A stretch of DNA of 64,000 bases from Candidatus Latescibacterota bacterium (GTDB lineage: Bacteria; Latescibacterota; UBA2968; UBA8231). How positions within the stretch are numbered: position 1 is the stretch's first letter; every line of letters begins with the position of its first letter. This document shows, piece by piece, positions 8,163 through 18,195 of the stretch. A model generated the notes under the pieces. That model was not told the origin of the DNA, did not search any database, and saw nothing but the letters and a program-made list of their open reading frames with translations. The position numbers and the translations under genes were made by a program. The DNA lies in contig CBDAOB010000003.1 in NCBI GenBank assembly GCA_965197905.1, positions 544,001-608,000 on the forward strand, read 5' to 3'.

Positions 8163-9806
8163 ATGAGTAGCGCAGTACAGTCGGAACGAAAACCATCCAA
8201 AGTCGCCGCCTGGAGCACACTTCAAGATCGGCAGCCAGCTTACGCCCTGGTGGGTAGCGTCGACCTCGTAGTCGTACGCTACGACAACCAGGTCTCCGTG
8301 CTCTACGGACGCTGCCTGCACCGAGGCGCGCTCATGTCCGACGGCACCGTTGAAGGGGACAACCTGATCTGCGGCGTGCATCAGTGGGACTACCGACTGG
8401 AGACTGGCGTCAGCGAGTATGACAACGACGAAGCGCTTGAAAAATTCGAGGCCTGGATCGATGAAGAGGACGATGCAGTCTACGTGGATGAGCACGAAAT
8501 CAAAGCCTGGGAAAGGCAGCATCCACAGCCCTACAAACGAGACGAGTACCTGGGACTGTATGCTGATCCCGAGGGAACGTCCGCCGAACCGTTCAACGCG
8601 TACATAAGGGAGCTGGCCGGACACGGTCTCGATGCGTTGGGTCACCATGGAAACGTGTCGGCGATGGGCATCGCCCTGACCGAGCTGCCGCGCACCGATG
8701 AGATCCAATTGTTAACCGGACAGTTCGCTCGCAAGCCGTTGCTCGACGACGTGCCGGTCGCCAGCGAGGTGGTCATTGGTCCGGCGGCGGCAAAACCGCT
8801 GCGGCTTGAGATCCCGGTCTTTGTCAGTGACATGAGCTTCGGTGCGTTGAGCGAAGAGGCCAAGGTGGCACTGGCCAAAGGGGCGGAAATGGCCGGCACC
8901 GGTATTTGCTCGGGAGAGGGCGGCATGCTGCCCGAGGAGCAGGCGGCCAACTCGCGCTACTTCTACGAGCTGGCCTCCGGTTATTTCGGTTGGGACCTCG
9001 AAAAAGCGGCTCGTTGCCAGGCATTTCACTTCAAGGGGGGACAGGGCGCCAAGACCGGGACCGGCGGCCATCTGCCTGGCAGCAAGGTGCGGGGAAAGAT
9101 CGCAAAGGTGCGCGGTTTAGAAGAAGGGACTCCAGCCATCAGCCCGTCCACTTTCCCCGATTTGCATACGGCAGCCGATTACCGCACGATTGCCGCTGAC
9201 GTCCGCAAAGCCAGCGGCGGTGTTCCAATCGGCCTGAAGATGTCCGCCCAGCATATCGAGGAAGATATCGATTTTGGTCTCGACGTCGGCGTCGACTACA
9301 TCATCCTCGACGGCCGCGGAGGTGGGACCGGCGCCGCCCCTGAGATCTTCAAGAAGAACATCTCCATTCCGACGTTAGTTGCGCTGGCGCGCGCCCGCCG
9401 GCATCTGGATGCCCGCGGTTGTCGGGAGATTTCATTGATCATAACTGGCGGTCTGCGCACGGAGTCAGACTTCGTCAAAGCCATGGCGATGGGGGCCGAC
9501 GCAGTCGCGGTGGCCAATTCGGCGATTCAGGCGATCGGTTGTTTGGGAATGCGCGCCTGCCATACCAACAACTGTCCCGTCGGTATCGCGACGCAGAAAG
9601 ACCACCTGCGCGCACGTCTTTCAATCGATACGTCGGCAAAACGTCTGTGCAACTACTTCGAAGCAACGGTGGAGTTGATGAAGATTCTGGCACGGGCATG
9701 CGGCCATGGTCATCTCAATCAATTCTGTGGCGACGATCTGACTACCTGGAAGCGCGATGTTGCCTACCTGACCGGGGTCGGCTATGCCGGCGTCGTGCCG
9801 CTCTAG
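8163..9806 (+). CDS. Rieske [2Fe-2S] domain fused to FMN-binding glutamate synthase-like domain
   Basis: CLHRG...CGVH Rieske ligands; MSFGALS, SGEGG, KGGQGAKTGTGGHLP; CLGMRACHTNNCPVGIATQ Fe-S motif. Confidence 0.92.
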   Translation: MSSAVQSERKPSKVAAWSTLQDRQPAYALVGSVDLVVVRYDNQVSVLYGRCLHRGALMSDGTVEGDNLICGVHQWDYRLETGVSEYDNDEALEKFEAWIDEEDDAVYVDEHEIKAWERQHPQPYKRDEYLGLYADPEGTSAEPFNAYIRELAGHGLDALGHHGNVSAMGIALTELPRTDEIQLLTGQFARKPLLDDVPVASEVVIGPAAAKPLRLEIPVFVSDMSFGALSEEAKVALAKGAEMAGTGICSGEGGMLPEEQAANSRYFYELASGYFGWDLEKAARCQAFHFKGGQGAKTGTGGHLPGSKVRGKIAKVRGLEEGTPAISPSTFPDLHTAADYRTIAADVRKASGGVPIGLKMSAQHIEEDIDFGLDVGVDYIILDGRGGGTGAAPEIFKKNISIPTLVALARARRHLDARGCREISLIITGGLRTESDFVKAMAMGADAVAVANSAIQAIGCLGMRACHTNNCPVGIATQKDHLRARLSIDTSAKRLCNYFEATVELMKILARACGHGHLNQFCGDDLTTWKRDVAYLTGVGYAGVVPL

Positions 9807-9860
9807 GTGGTTGCCGGAATCGGCTACACATAGCTATCTTGGCGCCACAAGGGGAAACCG

Positions 9861-10535
9861 ATGCCAACTACCCGCCTGCTTGTAATCCCGATGATTCTGT
9901 TCCTGTTCGGCTGCGACCAGGACGAAGCAGAGCCTGAATCTTTGAGCGTTGAGACCGAGGAGGAGAAGAAGCTATACGCGTTGGGACAAGCGGTCGCTCG
10001 CCAGTTCGTGTTAGCCGGACTTTTTGACGATGGCGAAATGGCGATCGTGGGCCGGGGATTCGTGGACGCGGTCGCCGGCCGCGACACGTTGGTCGACTTC
10101 GACAGTCTTGTCGAGCCGATGAACGCGATGCTGACCGCCCGTCGCGCCGTGAAGAACCTTCAGTGGGGAATCGAATTCCGGGAGACGGCGGCAAGCTGGC
10201 CTGGCGCGATTACCACAGATACGGGGCTCATCTTCCAATCCGTTGAGGATGGCACCGGCGCCACTCCCGCCATCGACGATACCGTCTCCGCACACTTCAA
10301 TGGAAAATTCATCGACGGCAGAACATATGACACCTCCGCCAATAAGGGTGCAGCTAGCTTCGCGCTCAATCAGGTAATGTCGGGTTGGACGGAGGCCTTC
10401 CAGATGATGAAGGTGGGCGGAAAAGCTCGATTTGTACTGCCCCCTCACCTTGCTCATGGAGAACTGGGAAAACACCCAACCATCCCGCCTAACGCCACGC
10501 TTATTTTTGAAGTCGAGCTATTGGCAATCCAATAG
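9861..10535 (+). CDS. FKBP-type peptidyl-prolyl isomerase, lipoprotein
   Basis: LFGC lipobox, VMSGWTEAFQMMKVGGK, IPPNATLIFEVELL. Confidence 0.95.
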   Translation: MPTTRLLVIPMILFLFGCDQDEAEPESLSVETEEEKKLYALGQAVARQFVLAGLFDDGEMAIVGRGFVDAVAGRDTLVDFDSLVEPMNAMLTARRAVKNLQWGIEFRETAASWPGAITTDTGLIFQSVEDGTGATPAIDDTVSAHFNGKFIDGRTYDTSANKGAASFALNQVMSGWTEAFQMMKVGGKARFVLPPHLAHGELGKHPTIPPNATLIFEVELLAIQ

Positions 10536-10580
10536 TCGCGAGTCGCGCAACTACGAGATTCTTTTCCTGTCCAGTAGCCG

Positions 10581-10614
10581 AAGGAGACGGTTGAACAACA
10601 GTCTCCTTTTGTTT
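10581..10614 (+). terminator. Intrinsic terminator
   Basis: AAGGAGAC...GTCTCCTT stem followed by TTGTTT. Confidence 0.65.
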
Positions 10615-10663
10615 AACTAACTATCCGCCTGTATCACTCAGTCACACCCCTGGAAGGCTCGCT

Positions 10664-11104
10664 ATGAAGACCATCGTGACGGTAGCACTGAGTCTGCTAG
10701 TAGCGTTGGAATCAGTGAGCGCCGTCGAGCCCATCTACGCCGTTCGATTGGCCATCGACGGATATGATGTCGTCGCCTATTTCAACCAGGGAGAAGCACG
10801 TCGGGGTTCGCCCGAATTCGAACACAAGTGGCAGGGCGCGAAGTGGTTTTTTTCGTCGCGTGAGAATAAGAGCGCTTTCGTTGCCACTCCGGAGCAGTTT
10901 GTCCCGCGGTATGGCGGCTACTGCGCCTATGCCGTAGCCAGGGGGAATACGGCTCGGGTCGATCCGAAGGCTTGGAGGGTGGTGGACGGAAAGCTGTATC
11001 TGAATTTCGACGCGGAAATCAAAAAGCGGTGGGAAAAGAAGATGGATCAGTATATCGAGCAGGCTGACAAGAATTGGCCCGGTCTACGAGGCCGCAAAGA
11101 TTAG
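10664..11104 (+). CDS. Secreted YHS-domain protein (Cys form)
   Basis: Signal peptide; AIDGYDVVAYF, PRYGGYCAYAV, VDGKLYLN. Confidence 0.9.
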   Translation: MKTIVTVALSLLVALESVSAVEPIYAVRLAIDGYDVVAYFNQGEARRGSPEFEHKWQGAKWFFSSRENKSAFVATPEQFVPRYGGYCAYAVARGNTARVDPKAWRVVDGKLYLNFDAEIKKRWEKKMDQYIEQADKNWPGLRGRKD

Positions 11105-11116
11105 GAAGGTAAGAAA

Positions 11117-11884
11117 ATGTCGAATAGCAGCGGAACAGACTATGCGAAAATTTCCGAGCAGGTGTGCAGGAGCCTGCGACTGGAACAAACTCCGATCGCT
11201 GTCTCTTTGACGGATGAAATGCCTGACGGAATCCCCGCCTTCAAGGGCACCGCGCCAGCAGGATGCCAATTCTGGGAAAACGCCGCTAACGGTCCGATTG
11301 CGACTTCGACGCCGGACCACGAAATGTGCGCCATCGGCGTCCACACTCACCAGATGGCTGGCGCTTCAGAAACGTGCCAGCAGGAGCTCGGAGAGGTGCT
11401 GGGAATCCTTGGTGAGCTCGACTATGTTCGCGAGGAAGACGTAGCGCGGATCCCGGTTATGTCCCGCACCACAAAACACGCGGTGTACGCCCCGTTGGCA
11501 GAGGCCCCCTTGCCACCCGACGTCGTGCTTCTATTTGCAGACGCCAGCACCGGTCTCATTATCGCCGAAGCGGTAGAGCAGGTGGAAGAAGGAATCCCTC
11601 CCGCCCTTGGCCGCCCGGCGTGCGCCGCCGTGCCTCAGGCCATCAACACCGGTCGCGCCGCCCTTTCCCTCGGTTGTTGTGGAGCGCGTGCGTATCTCGA
11701 TGTGATGAAAGACGAGATCGCTATGTGGGTTATTCCCGGCGGAAAGATCGCGACCTACGCCGAACGCTTCGACGCTCTCGCCAAAGCAAACGACATCCTC
11801 GGAAAGTTCCACACCATGCGCCGAGAAGACGTTGAATCGGGAGCGCGGCCGTCGTTGCAGGAGAGCCTCGCGCGTCTCGGCTAG
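11117..11884 (+). CDS. DUF169 family protein
   Basis: PIAV, GCQFW, CAIG, PDVVLL, PACAA and SLGCCGAR pattern. Confidence 0.8.
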   Translation: MSNSSGTDYAKISEQVCRSLRLEQTPIAVSLTDEMPDGIPAFKGTAPAGCQFWENAANGPIATSTPDHEMCAIGVHTHQMAGASETCQQELGEVLGILGELDYVREEDVARIPVMSRTTKHAVYAPLAEAPLPPDVVLLFADASTGLIIAEAVEQVEEGIPPALGRPACAAVPQAINTGRAALSLGCCGARAYLDVMKDEIAMWVIPGGKIATYAERFDALAKANDILGKFHTMRREDVESGARPSLQESLARLG

Positions 11885-11993
11885 CTCAACACAGAGCCAC
11901 CTTTGAGGTAACTTCAGGCGTACCGCCGTGCTCGGGCGCCCCCTGCGAAAAACTCTTGTCAGTTCCCCCGGTATTCTTGAGTTGGATAAACAA

Positions 11994-12034
11994 AGATCAA
12001 GGCCCCGGAGAAGAATCTCCGAGGCCCTGATTCT
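11994..12034. terminator. Hairpin between convergent genes (likely bidirectional terminator)
   Basis: ATCAAGGCCCCGGAGA / TCTCCGAGGCCCTGAT imperfect inverted repeat. Confidence 0.6.
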
Positions 12035-12080
12035 GTCTGGACCCGATCTCTAGGTCAGAAGACCATGTTGAGTGGAACTC

Positions 12081-13496
12081 TTACTGGTCGACGGTCGCAC
12101 CGCGGGCTTCCAGCGCCGGTATCTGGGTCGTTTTGGCATCGTCGCTCAGCGGATTATCGTTAACGCCGATGTAGTCATCCGTACCAATTCCTGTATTGTC
12201 GACCAGCGCCGTCAGGTCGGTGACCTGATTGAGGTGGAGCGAGACGGAGCCTAACTCGGTCAGGTTCTCGAGCGCGGTTACATCGCTGATCTGATTTTCA
12301 TTCAAATTCAGCGTTGTCAGCGCCGTGAGATTCGCCACCGCTGATATATCGCTGATCTGGTTTGTGACCAAATCCAGAAACGTGAGCGCCGTGAGATTCG
12401 CCACCGCTGATATATCAGTGATCTGGTTGAAGCCCAAACTCAGGAACGTGAGCGCGGTGAGATCTGCGACGGGCGAGATGTCGCTGATCATGTTGGTCGC
12501 GAGGTTGAGAATCTCGAGGTTCGTGAGGTCAGCAACAGGAGAAATATCGGTAATCTCGTTGGTGTGAACCCACAGTATCGTCAGGTTGGTAAGATTCGCC
12601 ACTGGCGAGAGGTCGGTCAACTTACCCCTAACCGCCACGATAATTTCCAGATTAGTGAGACCGGAGACAAACGAGATGTCAGCCAAGTTTTCGTCCCACA
12701 TATCGAGCCGTATCAGTGAAGTCATCCCGGCTATTGGCGAATAATCATCGATCGGATTTTCGTAGAGACGTAGGTAGATAAGCGGAATCCCGGCGACGAG
12801 CGAGAGGTCGCTCACCTGATTACGTGCAACATCGAGCGAGTCGAGCGCGGGGAGTCTATCGATCCCGTCCAGGTCCACAATCTCCCTGTCAGCGGCGAAG
12901 AGGTAGTTCAAATCCGCAACGTCCGCCGAGAAGATATCTCCCGAGGACTTGCCTATCGCGTCCCGAACGGCTGCTTCCAGCCCAGCGTCGGGAAATTCGA
13001 TCGCCAAAACCACATTCAGACTCGTACTCTGAAATTCGCTCCTATCATTGAAGGCCGTTATCGTGACCGTATAGGCGGCCGAACCGTCGTAGGTGTGCTC
13101 GACCGGAAAGGAGAGGTCTTCGGTGGTGCCGTCGCCCCAGTTGAATGGCAACCGCGTGATCTCCGTTCCTGGTTGCGCAGCAGTCACCGAGCCATCGATG
13201 GTCACGGTGAGATTCTCCTTGTCGATCACCGGCGTCTCCAGCGTTATCCGCGCCACTCTGTCCGGTTTTCCGCCAACGGCGGCGGACGAAACTGCCAATC
13301 CTGATGGTGAGCTCGTTCCTTCCACCTTTCCGGTTGATGCCGGGCGGTAGGGTGCGCCACCAGCCTTGCCGCCTGATACGGTCAGCTTGGCCGTAGGGGA
13401 AGTAGTGTCGTCATTGGACGACACCGGATCCTTGTCACCACAGCTGGAAATTCCGACTGCAGCAACCATCGCCAGATATATGGCGAGTTTTCTCAT
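12081..13496 (-). CDS. Internalin-like leucine-rich-repeat lipoprotein with PKD domain
   Basis: GAGGAGG RBS, lipobox ISSC, PKD motif WGDG...HTY, FPDAGLEAAVR cap, and about ten 22-aa LRRs (NQISDISAVANLTALTFL). Confidence 0.92.
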   Translation of the reverse strand: MRKLAIYLAMVAAVGISSCGDKDPVSSNDDTTSPTAKLTVSGGKAGGAPYRPASTGKVEGTSSPSGLAVSSAAVGGKPDRVARITLETPVIDKENLTVTIDGSVTAAQPGTEITRLPFNWGDGTTEDLSFPVEHTYDGSAAYTVTITAFNDRSEFQSTSLNVVLAIEFPDAGLEAAVRDAIGKSSGDIFSADVADLNYLFAADREIVDLDGIDRLPALDSLDVARNQVSDLSLVAGIPLIYLRLYENPIDDYSPIAGMTSLIRLDMWDENLADISFVSGLTNLEIIVAVRGKLTDLSPVANLTNLTILWVHTNEITDISPVADLTNLEILNLATNMISDISPVADLTALTFLSLGFNQITDISAVANLTALTFLDLVTNQISDISAVANLTALTTLNLNENQISDVTALENLTELGSVSLHLNQVTDLTALVDNTGIGTDDYIGVNDNPLSDDAKTTQIPALEARGATVDQ

Positions 13497-13716
13497 GATA
13501 CACCTCCTCAATAGGGGAAAAATGAGGCACCGAATCTACTCAACTGCTGCGACGATTCAATGTAGTACTTATACTAGGTTTTTTCACGATCGGTTCCGTC
13601 TTCGTCCCGATTTCCACTTCGTGCAGAGGCCAAAGTTTACCTTGGCGTTCAGGTGCTGTAGAATAAGCCTTCAAGTGTTTGGACGATTCAGACGGAATTT
13701 TTCTCGGAACCTACCT

Positions 13717-15624
13717 TTGCGCAAGCCATACAAGCAAGTCATCTACAAAAACCTCATGCTCGCCATGCGGGACGGAGTCCGGCTCGCCACCGATATATAC
13801 CGGCCTGCCCGGGACGGCGAACCCCTGTCCGAACCCGTCCCCACCATTCTCTCCCGCACCCCCTACGACAAGAACAGCCAGCGCTACGTAGAGGTTGCCG
13901 ACTACTTCGTGCCTCGAGGTTACGCGGTAGCACTCCAAGACCTGCGCGGCCGTGGCGATTCCGAGGGTTTGGGCCAGTACTTCCACGTGTGCAACGAGCC
14001 TGAGGGGCGCGACGGTTATGACACCATCGAGTGGATCGGCACTCAACCCTGGTCGAACGGCAAGGTGGGCATGGTGGGCAGCTCATTCGCCGCACTTGTA
14101 CAAACCCGCGCCGCGTTCGAGCACCCCCCTCACCTGACCGCCATCTGGCCCGACGTCACACCGACCAACAGCTATCACCACCAGGCGCGCGAGGGTGGCG
14201 CCATGGCTTTGCACATGTTCTGGGCTCTGTACCTTCATGCCCAGGATGCCCAGGAGATTGGCGGCGACGAAAAAATCATCGCAGAGGTCTGGGACGATCT
14301 TCGCAATCTGAGACAGCTGTTGGTTTCCACGCCGTTTCAGAGAGGCCAAACCGCTCTTGCCCATGTGCCCAATCTGGAGAACGTCCTTTTCGACTATTAC
14401 CATCGCGGGGAGTATGACGAATTCTGGCAGCAGGAGTTCAACGATTTCGAGCGCAACTTCCATCGCCACGCCGACATCCCCGGCACTTTTACCGATGGAT
14501 GGTTCGACCCCTACGCGGTGGGCATGGCGGCTTATTTCGCCGCCATGGCGCAGCAGAACAGCACACCCCAGCGTCTGGTCCTAGGACCTTGGACCCATGT
14601 CGGAATGCGGGGCGAAGGTACTTCCATCGGCGACGTGGACTTCGGACCTGGCTGTATCTGGGGAATCGAGCAATACTTCGACGAACAATTACTTTTCTTC
14701 GATCGCTGGTTGAAAGACCCACCCAGCCAAGTAGCAACCGAAGCACCTGTACGGATCTTCGTTATGGGCGGCGGAAGCGGCCGCAAGACCGCAGAAGGCA
14801 AGCTCGACCACGGCGGTTGCTGGCGCCAAGAGCAGGAGTGGCCGCTCGCCCGCACGGAATGGTGGAAGTTGCACCTTCAACCCCACGGTGCCCTGGATGA
14901 GGCAGCTCCATCCCAAGATGGCAAACCGCTGAGCTACAGCTACGATCCGGAACACCCGGTGCCCACGATCGGCGGCAATTCCTGCGGTATGATGGAACTG
15001 CCCGAAGACACCGGCGATCTCGACCCCATGTGGAAGCGCTATCTCCATCCTGTGACGCGGTTGCGTCATATTGTGACTCCCGGCCCGTTGCACCAAAAGG
15101 AAGAGGCGGAGATCTTCGGCGCTCGTGCCCCTTTTCCGCTGCTGGCGGACCGCCCTGATGTGCTGGTCTTTCAAACTTCTCCGTTGACGGAAGCGGTGGA
15201 GGTGACTGGCTCGCCGCGGGTGGAGCTGTGGATATCGTCCTCAGCGCCCGACACCGATTTCACTGCAAAACTGGTGGACGTCTACCCGCCCAACGAGGAC
15301 TATCCCGACGGGTACCACATGAACCTCGTGGACTCCATCCTCCGGGTGCGTTACCGCAACAGCTGGGAGAAGGAAGAGCTCATGGAACCCGGAAAGATCT
15401 ATCAGATCAAGATCGCGCTTCCCCCCACGAGCAACCTTTTCCAGGCCAGGCATCGAATCCGCCTGGACATCTCCAGTAGCAACTTCCCGAGATTGGATCT
15501 TAACCCCAACACCGGGGAGCCGGTAGGCCGCCACACCCACACCGAGATCGCCCGCAACACGGTTTTTGTCGACCGCGACCGGCCGTCGAACCTGGTGCTG
15601 CCGACGATTCCCGATCAATCCTGA
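13717..15624 (+). CDS. CocE/NonD family hydrolase (start uncertain; TTG 13717 chosen)
   Basis: MRDGVRLATDIY, RTPYDK, QDLRGRGDSEG, GSSF nucleophile elbow, GPWTH, DTDFTAKLVDV, ISSSNFPR. Confidence 0.93.
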   Translation: MRKPYKQVIYKNLMLAMRDGVRLATDIYRPARDGEPLSEPVPTILSRTPYDKNSQRYVEVADYFVPRGYAVALQDLRGRGDSEGLGQYFHVCNEPEGRDGYDTIEWIGTQPWSNGKVGMVGSSFAALVQTRAAFEHPPHLTAIWPDVTPTNSYHHQAREGGAMALHMFWALYLHAQDAQEIGGDEKIIAEVWDDLRNLRQLLVSTPFQRGQTALAHVPNLENVLFDYYHRGEYDEFWQQEFNDFERNFHRHADIPGTFTDGWFDPYAVGMAAYFAAMAQQNSTPQRLVLGPWTHVGMRGEGTSIGDVDFGPGCIWGIEQYFDEQLLFFDRWLKDPPSQVATEAPVRIFVMGGGSGRKTAEGKLDHGGCWRQEQEWPLARTEWWKLHLQPHGALDEAAPSQDGKPLSYSYDPEHPVPTIGGNSCGMMELPEDTGDLDPMWKRYLHPVTRLRHIVTPGPLHQKEEAEIFGARAPFPLLADRPDVLVFQTSPLTEAVEVTGSPRVELWISSSAPDTDFTAKLVDVYPPNEDYPDGYHMNLVDSILRVRYRNSWEKEELMEPGKIYQIKIALPPTSNLFQARHRIRLDISSSNFPRLDLNPNTGEPVGRHTHTEIARNTVFVDRDRPSNLVLPTIPDQS

Positions 15625-15760
15625 GCAACTGTCCCGATTGAATCGCTCCCCAGTTGCACGCAGGCACGGAATCTGACTGATTATGTATGAAACACCCGGT
15701 GTCTAGCCCCGATCCTCGACACACTTCGGAGGCTTGACGGGACGCACAGTGGAGGGATGC

Positions 15761-18043
15761 ATGAGATCCTTTGGTGCCACGCTGCAACAGAAGCTTTTGT
15801 TGCTGAACATGGGCTTCCTGCTGGCGTTCGCTGGCTCGACCTTGGCATTTCAGGTTGCCGGGACGGTGCAAAAACTCGACCCGATCATGCGGTCCGGAGA
15901 GATGATCGGCGTCTCCGGTGCCGAGGTACTTTTCATTAACGAGCGCAACTCCGAAGAGGTCTTCGCCACCACGACTGACATCTATGGCAACTTCGAGCTC
16001 GATCTGGATGCCGAAACCTCGGTTGACTCTCAAGGCAGCTCCAAACCGGCGATCTTCAAGCTCAACCAAAATTTCCCCAATCCGTTCAATCCCGGAACCG
16101 TGATCTCCTACGAATTGCCGAGCGACTCCCCCGTTCAACTGGAGATCTACAACAGTCTTGGGCAACGGGTGCGAACCATGGTTGATGCCTGGCAGGAAGC
16201 CGGATACCACGGATTAATCTGGGAAGGTACCGATGATAACGGCCGCGGATTGGCATCCGGCGTCTATTTCTATCGCTTGCAGGCCGGATCCTTGACCGAA
16301 TCGCGGAAGATGGTGTTGGTGGATGGCGCCGCGAACCGCGCACCGGGCGTTGCGGAGCTCTCGGGCGGCTCCGCCGTCCCCCGAGGTTTGGCCGACGCGG
16401 CCGCGTCTTCCGGGTCAACAACCAAGAGTGCCGTGGACGCACGCTTTGGCGATCTCGCCGAATTCGGCAACCGGAGCGTTGGCCAGCTCCTTTCGCCTGC
16501 TCACAAGCTGCTCGATGAACGCAGCTACAGCGTAATCATCGACGGGTTCAAGTTGGTTCCGTTCGAACAAAGCGGCATCGTCGTCAGCGCCGACACCGCA
16601 CTCGCCTTCACCGTCGATGAAGACCAGCGGGAAGGCATCGTGTTTCTCAAGGAGGGTGAGCGCCAGCTCTTCATCGACAACTACTCCATCCAGGAAATGC
16701 AGGGACTGCAGCAGTCCATGCATCAGCCGGTGAAGAAGGGCGCCGTCATCCGCCCCAATTGGCCCACCGGAGAGACCTCGCTGCAGACCCGTAGCGCTCC
16801 ATTTTGGGACCCCATCGCAGGGGTGTTCAAGATGTGGCTCATCGACAAGATGTGCCGGATCAGCACCGACGGCCTGCATTGGACCCTCTGGGAGCCGGAC
16901 AGCCAGTCCACCGGCGAGGTGATCTTCGATCCGATCGATCCCGACCCGGAACGGCGGTACAAATCGTTCCACCCACGCAACATGTCCTATTCGTCAGATG
17001 GTTTGAATTGGACGCGAACAACAAAGACGCGGACAGTCCGGGTGAACGGCCAAGATCGTACCATAACCTCGGGGGTGACCATCCAAAGCTCGGACGAGTG
17101 GAACTTCTCCCTCGACGTGGACGAACGTCTCTACATCGCAACGGTCAAGCAAGGAGGCCCGTACGGTCGTTCCGTCTATCTGGTGACCAGCCGCAACTAC
17201 GAGGATTGGTCGGAACATGAGTTGATCTTCCATGCCGACGACCGGGACCAGGAGCTCGGCAGGCAGAATATCGAAGAGCGCTTCGCCGACGAGAGCATCC
17301 TTGCACCGCCCTGGAACGACCCAAACGTCTACAACGTCGACGCCTACAACATGGGCCTCTTCCGCTACGAGTCGGTCTACATCGGCACGCCGGCCCTCTA
17401 CCACGCCGTCGGTATGGTGCACAACTATCCCAACACGGTCGGATTTCATCTGGTCCAGCTGATGGTGAGCCGCGACCTGAAAAACTGGGAGCGGGTGGCT
17501 GACCGCAAGCCGTTCATCGGTCCCTCGCGGATCGGTTCCGGCGCCTATGATTTGACCCAGCTCATCGGCCCCTCCAACGCCCTGGTGCGCGGGGACGAGC
17601 TCTGGTTCTATTACACCGGCATCAAGTACCGCGGCTTCAATTACGTGGGTACTTTCCCAACTGGTCAGTACCTGCCGCTGCCGGGACATGAGCTAGACAC
17701 CGGGGCGATCTGCCTGGCGGTGTTGCGCCGCGACGGTTTCGTCTCCGTCGACGCCGGAGATACCGAGGGAGTATTGTTGACCAGGCCGCTGCTTTGGCGT
17801 GGGTCAAGCTTCTGGGTCAATGCCGATGCGGAGGATGGCGAACTGTCGGTGGAAGTGCTGGACGAAAACGGGGATCCGCTGGATAACTGGTCGCGATCTG
17901 TAGTCGTTCCCGTCACCGAAGACGGGGTACGACAGGCGGTCAACTGGAACAGTGCCGGCAATCTAGAAGACCTCAAGGGGCAGCTGGTGCGGTTGCGCTT
18001 TTACCTGCGAGACGCGGAGCTCTACGCGTTCTGGAGCGAGTAA
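15761..18043 (+). CDS. Secreted protein: FlgD-Ig/sorting-type domain near the N-terminus plus GH32/43-like beta-propeller
   Basis: Signal peptide; LNQNFPNPFNPGT...ASGVYFYRL; RQLFIDNY, STDGLHW, SRDLKNWER, LRRDGFVS, VRLRFYL. Confidence 0.8.
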   Translation: MRSFGATLQQKLLLLNMGFLLAFAGSTLAFQVAGTVQKLDPIMRSGEMIGVSGAEVLFINERNSEEVFATTTDIYGNFELDLDAETSVDSQGSSKPAIFKLNQNFPNPFNPGTVISYELPSDSPVQLEIYNSLGQRVRTMVDAWQEAGYHGLIWEGTDDNGRGLASGVYFYRLQAGSLTESRKMVLVDGAANRAPGVAELSGGSAVPRGLADAAASSGSTTKSAVDARFGDLAEFGNRSVGQLLSPAHKLLDERSYSVIIDGFKLVPFEQSGIVVSADTALAFTVDEDQREGIVFLKEGERQLFIDNYSIQEMQGLQQSMHQPVKKGAVIRPNWPTGETSLQTRSAPFWDPIAGVFKMWLIDKMCRISTDGLHWTLWEPDSQSTGEVIFDPIDPDPERRYKSFHPRNMSYSSDGLNWTRTTKTRTVRVNGQDRTITSGVTIQSSDEWNFSLDVDERLYIATVKQGGPYGRSVYLVTSRNYEDWSEHELIFHADDRDQELGRQNIEERFADESILAPPWNDPNVYNVDAYNMGLFRYESVYIGTPALYHAVGMVHNYPNTVGFHLVQLMVSRDLKNWERVADRKPFIGPSRIGSGAYDLTQLIGPSNALVRGDELWFYYTGIKYRGFNYVGTFPTGQYLPLPGHELDTGAICLAVLRRDGFVSVDAGDTEGVLLTRPLLWRGSSFWVNADAEDGELSVEVLDENGDPLDNWSRSVVVPVTEDGVRQAVNWNSAGNLEDLKGQLVRLRFYLRDAELYAFWSE

Positions 18044-18195
18044 GAACCAATACCCCATCCCATTCGGCTATCGCCACACGGCAGGCCAATCAATGTATGC
18101 GCCTGCGGTTGACCGCCGGTCACGTCGGAGGAAACCTCGCCAGACCGCAGCGCATCTAAAACTGTAACGCAGCATCCTCGTTCGACCCCATTCAC

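Noticed and set aside
10664..11104. YHS protein (and the DUF3179 protein) as selenoproteins
   Set aside because: Both families include Sec members, but these copies have Cys codons and no in-frame TGA.
12250..12700. 66-bp DNA repeats
   Set aside because: Explained by the 22-aa LRR coding repeats of the internalin-like gene.
13366..13716. N-terminal extension of the CocE ORF as given in the track
   Set aside because: It overlaps the divergent LRR gene and its promoter region; family similarity begins only near 13717.
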